The notes beneath the pieces are model-generated. The model made no database searches. It saw only the letters and a program-made list of their open reading frames with translations, and had not been told where the DNA came from. The position numbers and the translations under genes were made by a program. From Deltaproteobacteria bacterium (GTDB taxonomy: Bacteria > Myxococcota_A > UBA9160 > SMWR01): a stretch of 64,000 bases of DNA. The DNA is taken from contig JAQBHB010000036.1 in the NCBI GenBank assembly GCA_032128115.1, positions 5,872 to 69,871 of the forward strand, read 5' to 3'. Of the stretch, positions 51,237-58,989 are shown piece after piece (within the stretch, counting starts at the first letter, position 1; every line of letters begins with the position of its first letter).

Positions 51237-51919
51237 GCTTCCGCTCCCCTGCGAGCGCGCGGTTCAGTGATCCCGTGCAGCACGAGCTCGGAAACAGCAC
51301 GGGTGAATTCTTCGATGTGCTCGGGCGTGATCTCGCGCAGGTCGAACATGCGGCGAACCACCGGGGCTGCCAGGAAGAACCACAGGCACATCCCGGCCAG
51401 TGCGGGCACGAAGTACATGGGGTCGACGCGCCGGAACTCGCCCGCCTCGAAGCCGTCATGCAGTACGGCCTGGATGGCCGCCAGATTCGGGCGTCCGAAC
51501 TGCTCGACGAATCCCTCGATCACGTCGTCCTCGGCGAACAGGATCTGCTCGGCCGCCAGGCGTGGGAAGTAGGGGTCATCCTTGAAGCCGGCGATCCAGC
51601 TCTCGATCAGGCCCTGCACGCGTTCTCCGGCACTTCCGCCGCCGCGGCTGGCCTGCTGGATGCGTTCGATCCCCTCGCTGGCGACCTCCAGTATCACGGC
51701 GCGCAGCAGCCCCTGCTTGCCGCCGAAGTAGTAGTTCACCAGTGCGGGCATCACCCCGGCCCGCTCGGCCACCTCGCGCGCGGTGACGAGCGGGTAGCCC
51801 TTTTCCGCCATCAAGAACCGGGCCGCCTGCAGCAGGGCGCGGCGCCCCTCACCCGTTCGGGAACCGGCGGGCCGCCCGGGTCCGCGACGTTCGGGAGATT
51901 CGGTGCCAGAGCGAGGCAT
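51233..51919 (-). CDS. TetR/AcrR-family transcriptional regulator
   Basis: 228 aa. HTH AARFLMAEKGYPLVTAREVAERAGVMPALVNYYFGGKQGLL. First gene of the RND operon. Confidence 0.88.
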   Translation of the reverse strand: MPRSGTESPERRGPGRPAGSRTGEGRRALLQAARFLMAEKGYPLVTAREVAERAGVMPALVNYYFGGKQGLLRAVILEVASEGIERIQQASRGGGSAGERVQGLIESWIAGFKDDPYFPRLAAEQILFAEDDVIEGFVEQFGRPNLAAIQAVLHDGFEAGEFRRVDPMYFVPALAGMCLWFFLAAPVVRRMFDLREITPEHIEEFTRAVSELVLHGITEPRARRGAEA

Positions 51920-51960
51920 TAAATTTATTGTATGTTCATTTATTAATTACAACAAGAGAA
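51920..51960. promoter_or_regulatory. AT-rich divergent promoter/operator region
   Basis: TAAATTTATTGTATGTTCATTTATTAATTACAACAAGAGAA is almost devoid of G/C in an otherwise high-GC window. Direct repeat ATTTATT (51923-51929, 51938-51944). Inverted repeat TTGTA (51928-32) / TACAA (51948-52). Abuts the TetR start codon. Confidence 0.55.
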
Positions 51961-51999
51961 CTCTGGGGAAATCGGGTGCTCTCACCTAACGTGCCGGAG

Positions 52000-52446
52000 A
52001 TGCGGGGCTTTTCTTGCCTGGGCGCCGCCCTGGCCAGCGGTCTGGTGGGGCTCGCCTGTGCCACCCAGCCGGAGATTGGCGTGGAGATCGGCCTGGCCTC
52101 GGTGCGGTCGGTCGAGGCGGTGGTCATGGATTCGATCCCCAAGAATGTTCTCGTGATCGTGCGGGGCCGCCTGCCCAACGCCTGCACCCGCCTGGGGAGG
52201 CCTCGTCGCGAGCGTTTCGCCGGCCGTTTCGAGTACACCCTGCCGATTCGACGCGACCCTACCGAGCCGTGTGCCCAGGCGATCCAGGAATTTGAAACCA
52301 GTTTCCGGATCGCGGCCCACGATCTGGAGGAGCGCCTCTACCGGGTGTCGGTGAACGGGGTGAAGGACGACTTTTCGATCCTGATCGAGCCGGGCACTGA
52401 GGATTTCTACCGGGATGAGGGCCTCGGAGAGTTCGATCCGCCTTGA
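52000..52446 (+). CDS. hypothetical lipoprotein (148 aa)
   Basis: Trimmed to ATG 52000. MRGFSCLGAALASGLVGLAC has a lipobox (LVGLAC). No family recognised. The start is uncertain, since GTG 51991 is also possible. Confidence 0.55.
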   Translation: MRGFSCLGAALASGLVGLACATQPEIGVEIGLASVRSVEAVVMDSIPKNVLVIVRGRLPNACTRLGRPRRERFAGRFEYTLPIRRDPTEPCAQAIQEFETSFRIAAHDLEERLYRVSVNGVKDDFSILIEPGTEDFYRDEGLGEFDPP

Positions 52447-52506
52447 CCGCCTGCCGATCGCGGCGCACCATCGGTCGTGCCCCCCGACAACCTCGAGGGA
52501 CTCGCC

Positions 52507-52839
52507 ATGAACCGTCACTCGCTCCGACGTCAGGCGCTCGTGCTCGTAGCCGTGTGCGTCCTGCTCCCCCTTCCCGTTCACGCCGGGCACGACGACGCTC
52601 CGAGCCTCCTGAGTGAGGGCGGGTCCGGAACCGGCGCTGCGCTCGCGAGCCTGGTGTACGCGCCTCTCAAGCTGGCCTATGCGGCCGGTGGGCTCGTAAT
52701 CGCGGGGATCACCTGGGCATGGACGGCGGGTGACACCAACGTGTCTGGACCGATCTATCGAAGCTCGGTGGGCGGCGACTACGTCATCACTCCCGATCAG
52801 TTGTTGCGCGAAGAACCTCTCAGCTTCGCCGGCCAATGA
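52507..52839 (+). CDS. hypothetical secreted/membrane protein (110 aa)
   Basis: Trimmed to ATG 52507. Signal peptide MNRHSLRRQALVLVAVCVLLPLPVHA and an internal hydrophobic segment AAGGLVIAGITWAW. No family recognised. Confidence 0.5.
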   Translation: MNRHSLRRQALVLVAVCVLLPLPVHAGHDDAPSLLSEGGSGTGAALASLVYAPLKLAYAAGGLVIAGITWAWTAGDTNVSGPIYRSSVGGDYVITPDQLLREEPLSFAGQ

Positions 52840-52860
52840 CCCGCGATCGCGGCGCAGGCG

Positions 52861-53460
52861 CTACACCGGGGCGCCGCCGTGTGTTTCTTCCAGGTGTGCC
52901 GTGCACGCCAGCAACTGCACACGCCAGGGTGGAGACGCCTCCACGATCGTGAGCGCCGTGTTCGGGAAGCCCGTCACCTCCGGATCCAGCACGCCTGCCC
53001 CCAAGTGTCGCGACACGAGGGAATGGCATACGAGGCCGTGGGTCACCACCGCCAGGTTCCCGCGCGTTCCGGACGCGATTTCACGGATCCGATCCCAGGC
53101 CGTATCCACGCGTCGATGAAAGACCTCCCAGCTCTCGCCGCCAGGTGGCACGAACTGCGGCCCGAAGGGATCCTGGGCCAGTTCCGCGTACGGCCTGCCC
53201 CGCAGGTCTCCGAAGTTGCGCTCCTGCAGAAGCGGCTCGAACTCGAGTTGAACACCCGTCGATGCACGCAGCGCCTCCGACGTCATGACGGCGCGGGAGA
53301 GGTCGCTGGAGAGAATGTGCGCCACGCCCTCGTCCCGCAATCGCCGGGCCAGGCGTTGCGCTTGCTCGCGGCCCCGGTCACTCAGAGGCGTGCCGGGGGT
53401 CTGAAGCACCCGCGCCGCGTTGGACGGCGTTTCAGCGTGGCGGATCAGGAGGATCGCCAC
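52861..53460 (-). CDS. histidine phosphatase (phosphoglycerate-mutase-like) family protein
   Basis: 199 aa. N-terminal catalytic motif ILLIRHAETPSN, later LSDRGREQA and VVTHGLV. Confidence 0.85.
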   Translation of the reverse strand: MAILLIRHAETPSNAARVLQTPGTPLSDRGREQAQRLARRLRDEGVAHILSSDLSRAVMTSEALRASTGVQLEFEPLLQERNFGDLRGRPYAELAQDPFGPQFVPPGGESWEVFHRRVDTAWDRIREIASGTRGNLAVVTHGLVCHSLVSRHLGAGVLDPEVTGFPNTALTIVEASPPWRVQLLACTAHLEETHGGAPV

Positions 53461-53468
53461 GCTCGCGT

Positions 53469-53837
53469 CTAGCTCGCCTGCTTCGTGAACATCGCCATGT
53501 CGAAGTAATCACGCCAGGCGGTGATCTGGCCCTCGGAGTTCACCTCGAAGGCGCCCATCACCGGAAGCTCTACCGGCTTGCCGTTCAGCACGAAGCGATC
53601 CAATCGCTCCGTGTAGACGGTGTTTCCGCTGCTGGCGATTCCGCGCAGTTCGAACTCCGCCTCGCTCGCTGGCGACAGGAACTGACCCAGAATGGCCCGA
53701 ATCGCGTCGTGGCCCACGACCGGGGCAATCGGAATGTTGTGGTAGACCGCGTCGCTGCTGAAGAAGCCCAGCAACTCCTCCAGGTCACGCCGCGGAATGG
53801 CCGTGCAGAAATCTCGAACGACTTTTTCGGGTTCCAT
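53469..53837 (-). CDS. SnoaL/NTF2-fold protein, limonene-1,2-epoxide-hydrolase-like
   Basis: 122 aa. Pattern VRDFCTAI..DLEELLGFFSSDAVYHNIP..G.DAIRA..F and the C-terminal ITAWRDYFD. Confidence 0.72.
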   Translation of the reverse strand: MEPEKVVRDFCTAIPRRDLEELLGFFSSDAVYHNIPIAPVVGHDAIRAILGQFLSPASEAEFELRGIASSGNTVYTERLDRFVLNGKPVELPVMGAFEVNSEGQITAWRDYFDMAMFTKQAS

Positions 53838-53848
53838 GCGGCCAGTCT

Positions 53849-53888
53849 ATCAGGAAGCGGCGCGGACCATCAGGAAGCGGCGCGGACG
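53849..53888. repeat. 20-bp tandem duplication (ATCAGGAAGCGGCGCGGAC C/G) spanning the stop codon of the DUF330 lipoprotein gene
   Basis: Read directly and confirmed through the track translation (..SLSGSGADHQEAARTR..). Copy 1 is 53849-53868 and copy 2 is 53869-53888, with 19 of 20 bases identical. Copy 2 holds the last five codons (VRAAS) plus TGA of the gene ending at 53870. Confidence 0.9.
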
Positions 53889-54481
53889 AGGAAGGCGGCG
53901 TAGATTCGCGTGAGGGCCCGGTTCATGGCGCGCACCGAGGCTTCGACGCTCTCGTCGCTGGCCCGCTCCTCCTCGTAGAAGGTCTCCAACACCGCCAGGT
54001 CGCGCTGCGGCATGCGCACCACCACCAGCTCCAGCTCCACGCGCACCCGGGGTGGATTCTCTCCGAGAATCCGCTCGAGACGCAGGATCCGGCCGCCCAG
54101 GAGGTAGTCGGCGTCGATCCGCATTTCGGGGGTCACCACCTGGGGAGCGGCGCCCGCGGCGCGCAGGTAGCGCGCCAGTTCGAGCTGGGCCATCCGCGTC
54201 GGCGGCTCGACCCAGCGGTGATACGAATGCCGCAGCAGTTCCGGCGAATCTTCGCCGTCCCGGTAGACCAGCGGACGCTCTCCCGCCAGGGCATCCGCCT
54301 GGAACAGGTCCACCTCCAGCGTACCCGGGAACACGGGAGCCGCCCGCGGGCTCGCCGGGGGGCTGATCTGGAGCCGGTAGAAGTGATCGCGGGGGGCGGG
54401 GGGCGCTACACAGCCCAGCGCGACCAGGGCCGTGGCCCCCGCCCGACGCAAGGCCCCGGCGGCACGACCCCGGCTCATCAC
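53870..54481 (-). CDS. ABC-transport auxiliary lipoprotein (DUF330, PqiC/YmbA-like)
   Basis: 203 aa. Lipobox ALVALGC. Motifs RDHFYRL and DYLLGGRILRLE are typical of DUF330. ATGA overlap with the MlaD-like gene. Confidence 0.78.
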   Translation of the reverse strand: MMSRGRAAGALRRAGATALVALGCVAPPAPRDHFYRLQISPPASPRAAPVFPGTLEVDLFQADALAGERPLVYRDGEDSPELLRHSYHRWVEPPTRMAQLELARYLRAAGAAPQVVTPEMRIDADYLLGGRILRLERILGENPPRVRVELELVVVRMPQRDLAVLETFYEEERASDESVEASVRAMNRALTRIYAAFLVRAAS

Positions 54482-55272
54482 TCACCCGTCCCGGCGTCGG
54501 GATCGGTGGACCGCCCTCGCAGCAGCAGACTCGGATCGCGGCGGATCTGGTTGCTGAACTCCGCCAGGTTGCGGGCGGTGGCGTCCAGATTGCGGCTCAC
54601 CGCATCGATGTGTCGCGCCACGGCCTCGAGGGAATGGTGCAGGTCATCGACGGAGTGGTCCAGGCTGCCCTGGTTGCGTGCCAGGAGTCCATTGGCCTGG
54701 GTGAGCAGCTGGTCGAGCTGTCCGCGTGTGGTATCCAGGTCGCCGGTAGCGGCGGCCAGGTTGTTCACGATCTCCGGCACACCTTCGGCCAGGCTATCCA
54801 CCAGAGGCCGGATGCTTTCCTGCAGCAACGTCTCGATGTCGTCCGCGATCTTCGAAACGGCTGCCAACAGGTTCGGCGCCTCGCCGCCAGGGATCTCGCC
54901 GCCGGGTTGGATCGCCGATGCCGAGGATCCCGCCCGGATGTCGATTCCCACGGCGGAGAGCAATCCCCCGGCACTGATGCGGGCCTCGCTGTCCGACGGA
55001 ATCCGCCACCCGCGGCGCACGCCCACTTCCACGCGGAAGCGCTGTTCTCCCCCGGGTGCTGCGGGTGCGATGCTCTCGATCAAGCCCACGGGATAGCCCT
55101 CGAAGAGCACCTCGCTGCCCGCGGCCAGCCCCATCACGTTGCCGTAGTGGATGTAATAGTGGTCGGTCGCGCCGGTGCGCCCGGTGAGCACCGCCAGCCA
55201 CACCACCAGGGCGATGACCATGGCCAGCACGAAGCTTCCGACCATCACGTAGTTTCGCCGGTCGTCAGTCAC
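54478..55272 (-). CDS. mlaD: MlaD/MCE-domain substrate-binding protein of an Mla/Mce-type ABC transporter
   Basis: 264 aa. N-terminal TM anchor VMVGSFVLAMVIALVVWLAVL. MCE domain YYIHYGNVMGLAAGSEVLFEGYPVGLIESI. Helical C-terminus. Confidence 0.85.
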   Translation of the reverse strand: MTDDRRNYVMVGSFVLAMVIALVVWLAVLTGRTGATDHYYIHYGNVMGLAAGSEVLFEGYPVGLIESIAPAAPGGEQRFRVEVGVRRGWRIPSDSEARISAGGLLSAVGIDIRAGSSASAIQPGGEIPGGEAPNLLAAVSKIADDIETLLQESIRPLVDSLAEGVPEIVNNLAAATGDLDTTRGQLDQLLTQANGLLARNQGSLDHSVDDLHHSLEAVARHIDAVSRNLDATARNLAEFSNQIRRDPSLLLRGRSTDPDAGTGE

Positions 55273-56092
55273 GGTTGCGGCTCCCGCCGGTCAGACGCGC
55301 GAGATATTCATCCGGGTCCAGGGTCTCTTCCACGAAGTGACGACTCAGCAGGTTGTGGATCCTCGGGTTGTCGCTGTTCCGAACCGCCTCGGCGCTGTCC
55401 AGGGCGAGGAGTTCTCCCTTGTCGAGCACGGCGATGCGGTCGGCGATTCGGAAGGCGCTGTCGAGATCGTGGGTCACCACCACGATGGTCATGCCCAGGG
55501 CATCGCGCAGGCGCAGGATCAGTTCGTCCAGCCCGGCGGCCACCACCGGATCGAGGCCTGCCGAGGGCTCGTCGCAGAACAGCAGCGTCGGATCCATGAT
55601 GATCGCCCGCGCGAATGCCGCGCGCTTGATCATTCCGCCGGAGAGTTCCGAGGGCATCAGGTCTTCGAAGCCCGCGAGACTCACGATCTCCAGCTTGAGC
55701 CGCAGCATGATCTCCATGGTGTCGGCGTCCAGGTTGGTGTGTTCCCGGAGGGGCAGCTTGATGTTGTCGCCCAGATTCATGGAGCTGAAGAGCGCGCCGC
55801 CCTGGAAGGCCACGCCGATCTTCTTGTAGATCTCGTACTGGCCCAGATCGTCCAGCTCGCCCAGCAGCTTGCCCAGCAACCGGATCGAGCCCGAGCTGGC
55901 ACGCTCCAGGCCCAGCAGATGCCGGAGCAGCGTGCTCTTGCCCGAGCCGCTGCCGCCCATGATCACCATGATCTCGCCCGGCAGAACCGTCAGGCTCACA
56001 TCGTGGAGGATCTCGCGCTCGCCGTAATGGGCGACCAGGTTGTCCACCTGGATCACCGGGGTGCTGGCATTCTGGGGGGACGCTGCGCGCAT
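55265..56092 (-). CDS. mlaF: ABC transporter ATP-binding protein (MlaF-like)
   Basis: 275 aa. Walker A GGSGSGKST, signature LSGGMIKRAAFARA, Walker B LLFCDEPSAGLD, H-loop VVVTHD. Confidence 0.92.
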   Translation of the reverse strand: MRAASPQNASTPVIQVDNLVAHYGEREILHDVSLTVLPGEIMVIMGGSGSGKSTLLRHLLGLERASSGSIRLLGKLLGELDDLGQYEIYKKIGVAFQGGALFSSMNLGDNIKLPLREHTNLDADTMEIMLRLKLEIVSLAGFEDLMPSELSGGMIKRAAFARAIIMDPTLLFCDEPSAGLDPVVAAGLDELILRLRDALGMTIVVVTHDLDSAFRIADRIAVLDKGELLALDSAEAVRNSDNPRIHNLLSRHFVEETLDPDEYLARLTGGSRNRD

Positions 56093-56093
56093 G

Positions 56094-56912
56094 TCAGCGG
56101 GTGGTGATGAACACGAATATCATGTCCGTGAGAACGATGGCGGTGATCGCTTGCACCACGGATCGGGTCGTGGCGGCGCCCACCCCCTCGGCGCCCCCTC
56201 GAACCCGCGCGCCGTTGGCGACGCCGATGATCGTGATGAGGATCGCGAACAGGACGCTCTTGGTGAGGCCCCGCATCACGTCCTCGGCGTGCAGGTACCG
56301 GAGAGCCTGGTCCACGTACGCAGTGAAAGTCGATCCCAGGTCCGCCGACACGTAGAGCCCCGCTCCAAAGAGCGCCACCAGGTCGGCCCACAGCGTGAGC
56401 GCCGGGAGCATCACGACCATGGCGATCAGGCTGGGCACTACCAGGAAGCGCACCGGGTTGATGCCCATCACCCGCAGTGCGTCGACTTCGTTGCTGATGG
56501 TCATGGTTCCCAGGCGCGCAGCCAGGGCCGATCCCGAGCGCCCGGCCACCAGGATCCCGGTGATCAGAGGTGCGAACTCGCGGGTCACCGAAAGGGCAAC
56601 CCCCAATACCACCTGGTGCTGGGCGCCGAACGGCTCCAGGGCGTCGATGCCCTGGATCGCCAACATGAGTCCGATGGTGAACGAGAGCAGGGTGGCGATG
56701 GGCAGCGCATGGATTCCCACCTGCATCATCTCGGCGAAAGCGGGGGCCGCGCGCACCGGCTGGTGCCGCCGCCGGCCGAGCACCAGCCAGTACAGCGATT
56801 GCCCCAGGAGGCTGGCGCCGAAGCCCAGGGTCTCGAGACCGCGGGCGGTGCTCCGGCCGATGCTCTCCAGCAGCCCCGGCGGGGAAGAGGCGGTGTCACT
56901 CGCCTCCGGCAT
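56094..56912 (-). CDS. mlaE: MlaE-family ABC transporter permease
   Basis: 272 aa. MlaE blocks REFAPLITGILVAGRSGSALAARLGTM, EVDALRVMGINPVRFLVVP, LTKSVLFAILITIIG. Confidence 0.9.
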   Translation of the reverse strand: MPEASDTASSPPGLLESIGRSTARGLETLGFGASLLGQSLYWLVLGRRRHQPVRAAPAFAEMMQVGIHALPIATLLSFTIGLMLAIQGIDALEPFGAQHQVVLGVALSVTREFAPLITGILVAGRSGSALAARLGTMTISNEVDALRVMGINPVRFLVVPSLIAMVVMLPALTLWADLVALFGAGLYVSADLGSTFTAYVDQALRYLHAEDVMRGLTKSVLFAILITIIGVANGARVRGGAEGVGAATTRSVVQAITAIVLTDMIFVFITTR

Positions 56913-57231
56913 CGAGCCCTTCGGGCAGCCTGTCGTGAATCGTGAACAGCTCGTCGAGCCGCGCCAGTTCGAGCACCCGCATGGCCGCGCTGCCCACCGA
57001 TACCAGCGCGAATTTGGTGCCGTTGCGCCGGGCCGCCTGGAACGCCTCGATGAGGCTGGCCACTCCCGAGCTGTCGATGTAGTTCACGTCCGAGAGGTCG
57101 ACCCAGACGTCTTGCTTGCGTCCCACGGACTCCAGCAGGATCTGCCGCGCTCGCGGGGATTGCTCGAGATCCACGTCCCCCTGTAGGCAAACCACGATCC
57201 CGATCGAGACATCCCTTACCGAGTGCCGCAC
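56896..57231 (-). CDS. STAS-domain protein (anti-sigma-factor-antagonist / MlaB-like) with canonical phospho-serine motif
   Basis: 111 aa. VDLSDVNYIDSSGVASLIEAFQAARRNG carries the SpoIIAA/RsbV-type DSSG motif. Its 3' end overlaps the mlaE-like start by 17 nt. Confidence 0.88.
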   Translation of the reverse strand: MRHSVRDVSIGIVVCLQGDVDLEQSPRARQILLESVGRKQDVWVDLSDVNYIDSSGVASLIEAFQAARRNGTKFALVSVGSAAMRVLELARLDELFTIHDRLPEGLDAGGE

Positions 57232-57256
57232 TGTGTCCTCCCGCTCCGGGCCTGGG

Positions 57257-57685
57257 TCATTCGATCCGCTTCACCATTCTAAACAAGTTGCCGGGCTCGG
57301 CGTCGGTATTCACGAATTCGGCCCGGTCCATCACCGACCGGATCAGATGGGTTCCCAACCCGCCCGGGCGCAGGTCGTCCAGGTCGCGCGGCTTCACCTG
57401 CGCCGGATCCACCTTGGGAGCGAAATCGCGCAGGGAGAAGATGAGCTCGTCGCCCCGACGATCCACGTGGAGCTGGATCTCCCCGCCGGGAAGCCCGCCG
57501 TAGGCGTGGCGGATCACGTTCTGGCAGGCCTCGTCCACGGCCATCACCACATCGGTGACGCACCCGTCGCCGGCGCCGCTCCCGACGATGCAGGCGCGGA
57601 CCGCGTCGCGAACCTCGCACAGCTGGTCGGCCTGGGCCGGGAATCGCAGGTCCAGCAGACGCTCCGGCGCCGCAGCTTCGGTCAC
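57257..57685 (-). CDS. RsbW/SpoIIAB-type anti-sigma serine kinase (HATPase_c, 142 aa)
   Basis: Tail of track ORF 57257..58750 from GTG 57685, which overlaps the phosphatase stop (GTGA). N-box VDEACQNVIRHAY and G-box RPGGLGTHLIRSVMD. Confidence 0.85.
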   Translation of the reverse strand: MTEAAAPERLLDLRFPAQADQLCEVRDAVRACIVGSGAGDGCVTDVVMAVDEACQNVIRHAYGGLPGGEIQLHVDRRGDELIFSLRDFAPKVDPAQVKPRDLDDLRPGGLGTHLIRSVMDRAEFVNTDAEPGNLFRMVKRIE

Positions 57686-58989
57686 AGGTCGTCCGCCGCG
57701 GGCTCGACCGCCAGCATGGTGAGGTCGTCGCGGATCTGGTGCGTCGCCACGTCGGTCACGATGGCGTCGACCCGGCCGCCGATCGGCTCGTCCGCGAAAC
57801 GGTCGATGATGCGTTTGACGCCCTCGGCACCCAGGGGGGCGGAGCCCGCGCAGGCCTCGGTCAGCCCGTCGGAAAAGACGTAGAGCGAGCACCCGTTCAG
57901 CGACAGGGCAACCTCGGGGAAGCTTCCGGAGGCCAGGCCGATGCCCAGGGGTGGGGCCTGGGCGCGGATCTCCTCGAAGCGGCCCGGTCCCGAGCGCAGC
58001 AGGGCCGGCTCGTGACCGGCGTTGGCAATCACCGCCACGCGCGACTTGCGGTCGTAGACGCCGGCCAGCATCGTGACGAACTTGCCGTGGGAGGCGGTCT
58101 CGGAGAGCTCGCGATCGAGCTCGGCTAGCAGGTCGTTGGGATTCTCGATCGACCGGGCCAGATAGCGATACAAGCTCGACGTCTTCACCATCATCAAGGC
58201 GGCGTCCATTCCCTTGCCGGACACGTCGCCCAGGCAGAAGCCCACCCGCCCGTTCTGGAGAGGCAGGATGTCGTAGAAGTCCCCTGAAACCGTTCGCGCC
58301 GGAACGTTCACGCCGAAGATCGGGAAGGGCTCCGGCCGCGGAGCGGGCAGCAGGCTCCGCTGGATCTCCGCGGCGGTGCCCAGGTCGCGCTTCACGCGTT
58401 CGTGGTCGACCAGATCGGCGGTCATGCGCGCGTTGGCCATGGCCAGGGCCGCGGAAGACGCCAGCACCCGCAACAGCCGGGCATCGTTCTCGCTGAAGCG
58501 CCCGTCGCCCGCGGCTTTGTTCACCATCTGGATGGCGCCCATGGGGCGATCCATGAAGCTGATGGGTGAGCACAGGACGGAGCGCGTTTCGAAGCCCGTG
58601 CGCTCGTCCATCTCGCGGGCAAAATCCGGGTCGCGGGACACGTCGAAGATGCGCTGGCACATGTTCTCGCGCACCGTGCGACCTACGATGCCCTGGTTCT
58701 CCGAGAGGCGAGCGCCATCGATCCTTCCGGGACCCACCGAGGCGTGGCACACGATCTCGCGACTCTCCGGGGCCACCAGCCAGATGGAACCGGAGCGGGC
58801 GCCCACGGATTCGACGATGGACGGGAGCGCCCGTTTCAGGGCGGTCTCCACGTCCAGGGATTCGGCGAAGTCCTGGTTCATGCGGGCCAGCAGGGCGAGC
58901 GCCGGGGAGAAGTCTTCGCCCCCGGTGTTCGTGGCAACTCCTCCCGGCACGGCAGTCGGGCCCTTGGGTCGCGGTGTTTCGAGGCTCAC
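57682..58989 (-). CDS. GAF-domain PP2C/SpoIIE-type serine phosphatase (RsbU-like)
   Basis: Tail of track ORF 57682..60126. Start chosen at GTG 58989 (GGAG 9 nt upstream); ATG 58881 is the alternative. GAF: SGSIWLVAPESREIVCHASVG..GIVGRTV. PP2C: VSGDFYDIL, CLGDVSGKGMDAALMM, ANAGHEP, VFSDGLTEA, DDLTMLAV. Confidence 0.85.
   Translation of the reverse strand: MSLETPRPKGPTAVPGGVATNTGGEDFSPALALLARMNQDFAESLDVETALKRALPSIVESVGARSGSIWLVAPESREIVCHASVGPGRIDGARLSENQGIVGRTVRENMCQRIFDVSRDPDFAREMDERTGFETRSVLCSPISFMDRPMGAIQMVNKAAGDGRFSENDARLLRVLASSAALAMANARMTADLVDHERVKRDLGTAAEIQRSLLPAPRPEPFPIFGVNVPARTVSGDFYDILPLQNGRVGFCLGDVSGKGMDAALMMVKTSSLYRYLARSIENPNDLLAELDRELSETASHGKFVTMLAGVYDRKSRVAVIANAGHEPALLRSGPGRFEEIRAQAPPLGIGLASGSFPEVALSLNGCSLYVFSDGLTEACAGSAPLGAEGVKRIIDRFADEPIGGRVDAIVTDVATHQIRDDLTMLAVEPAADDL

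Noticed and set aside
48855-51572. 905-aa plus-strand ORF, plus 59852..61663 and 61432..63780 plus-strand ORFs
   Set aside because: Same reasoning: they are antisense to RND permease 2/TetR, AtuA-like and the carboxylase alpha subunit respectively, with low-complexity Arg/His/Gly/Asp composition.
51928-51999. TTG start inside the AT-rich island for the lipoprotein gene (MYVHLLITTRELWG..)
   Set aside because: The first 24 codons come from the AT-rich promoter block and have no signal-peptide character. The lipoprotein signal peptide starts at Met 52000.
53850-54485. 211-aa ORF in an alternative frame of the DUF330 lipoprotein gene
   Set aside because: Its translation is Gly/Pro/Arg-rich. The 53870..54481 frame has a lipobox and DUF330-type motifs. 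This frame ends in the first copy of the 20-bp duplication only because that duplication repeats the stop codon.
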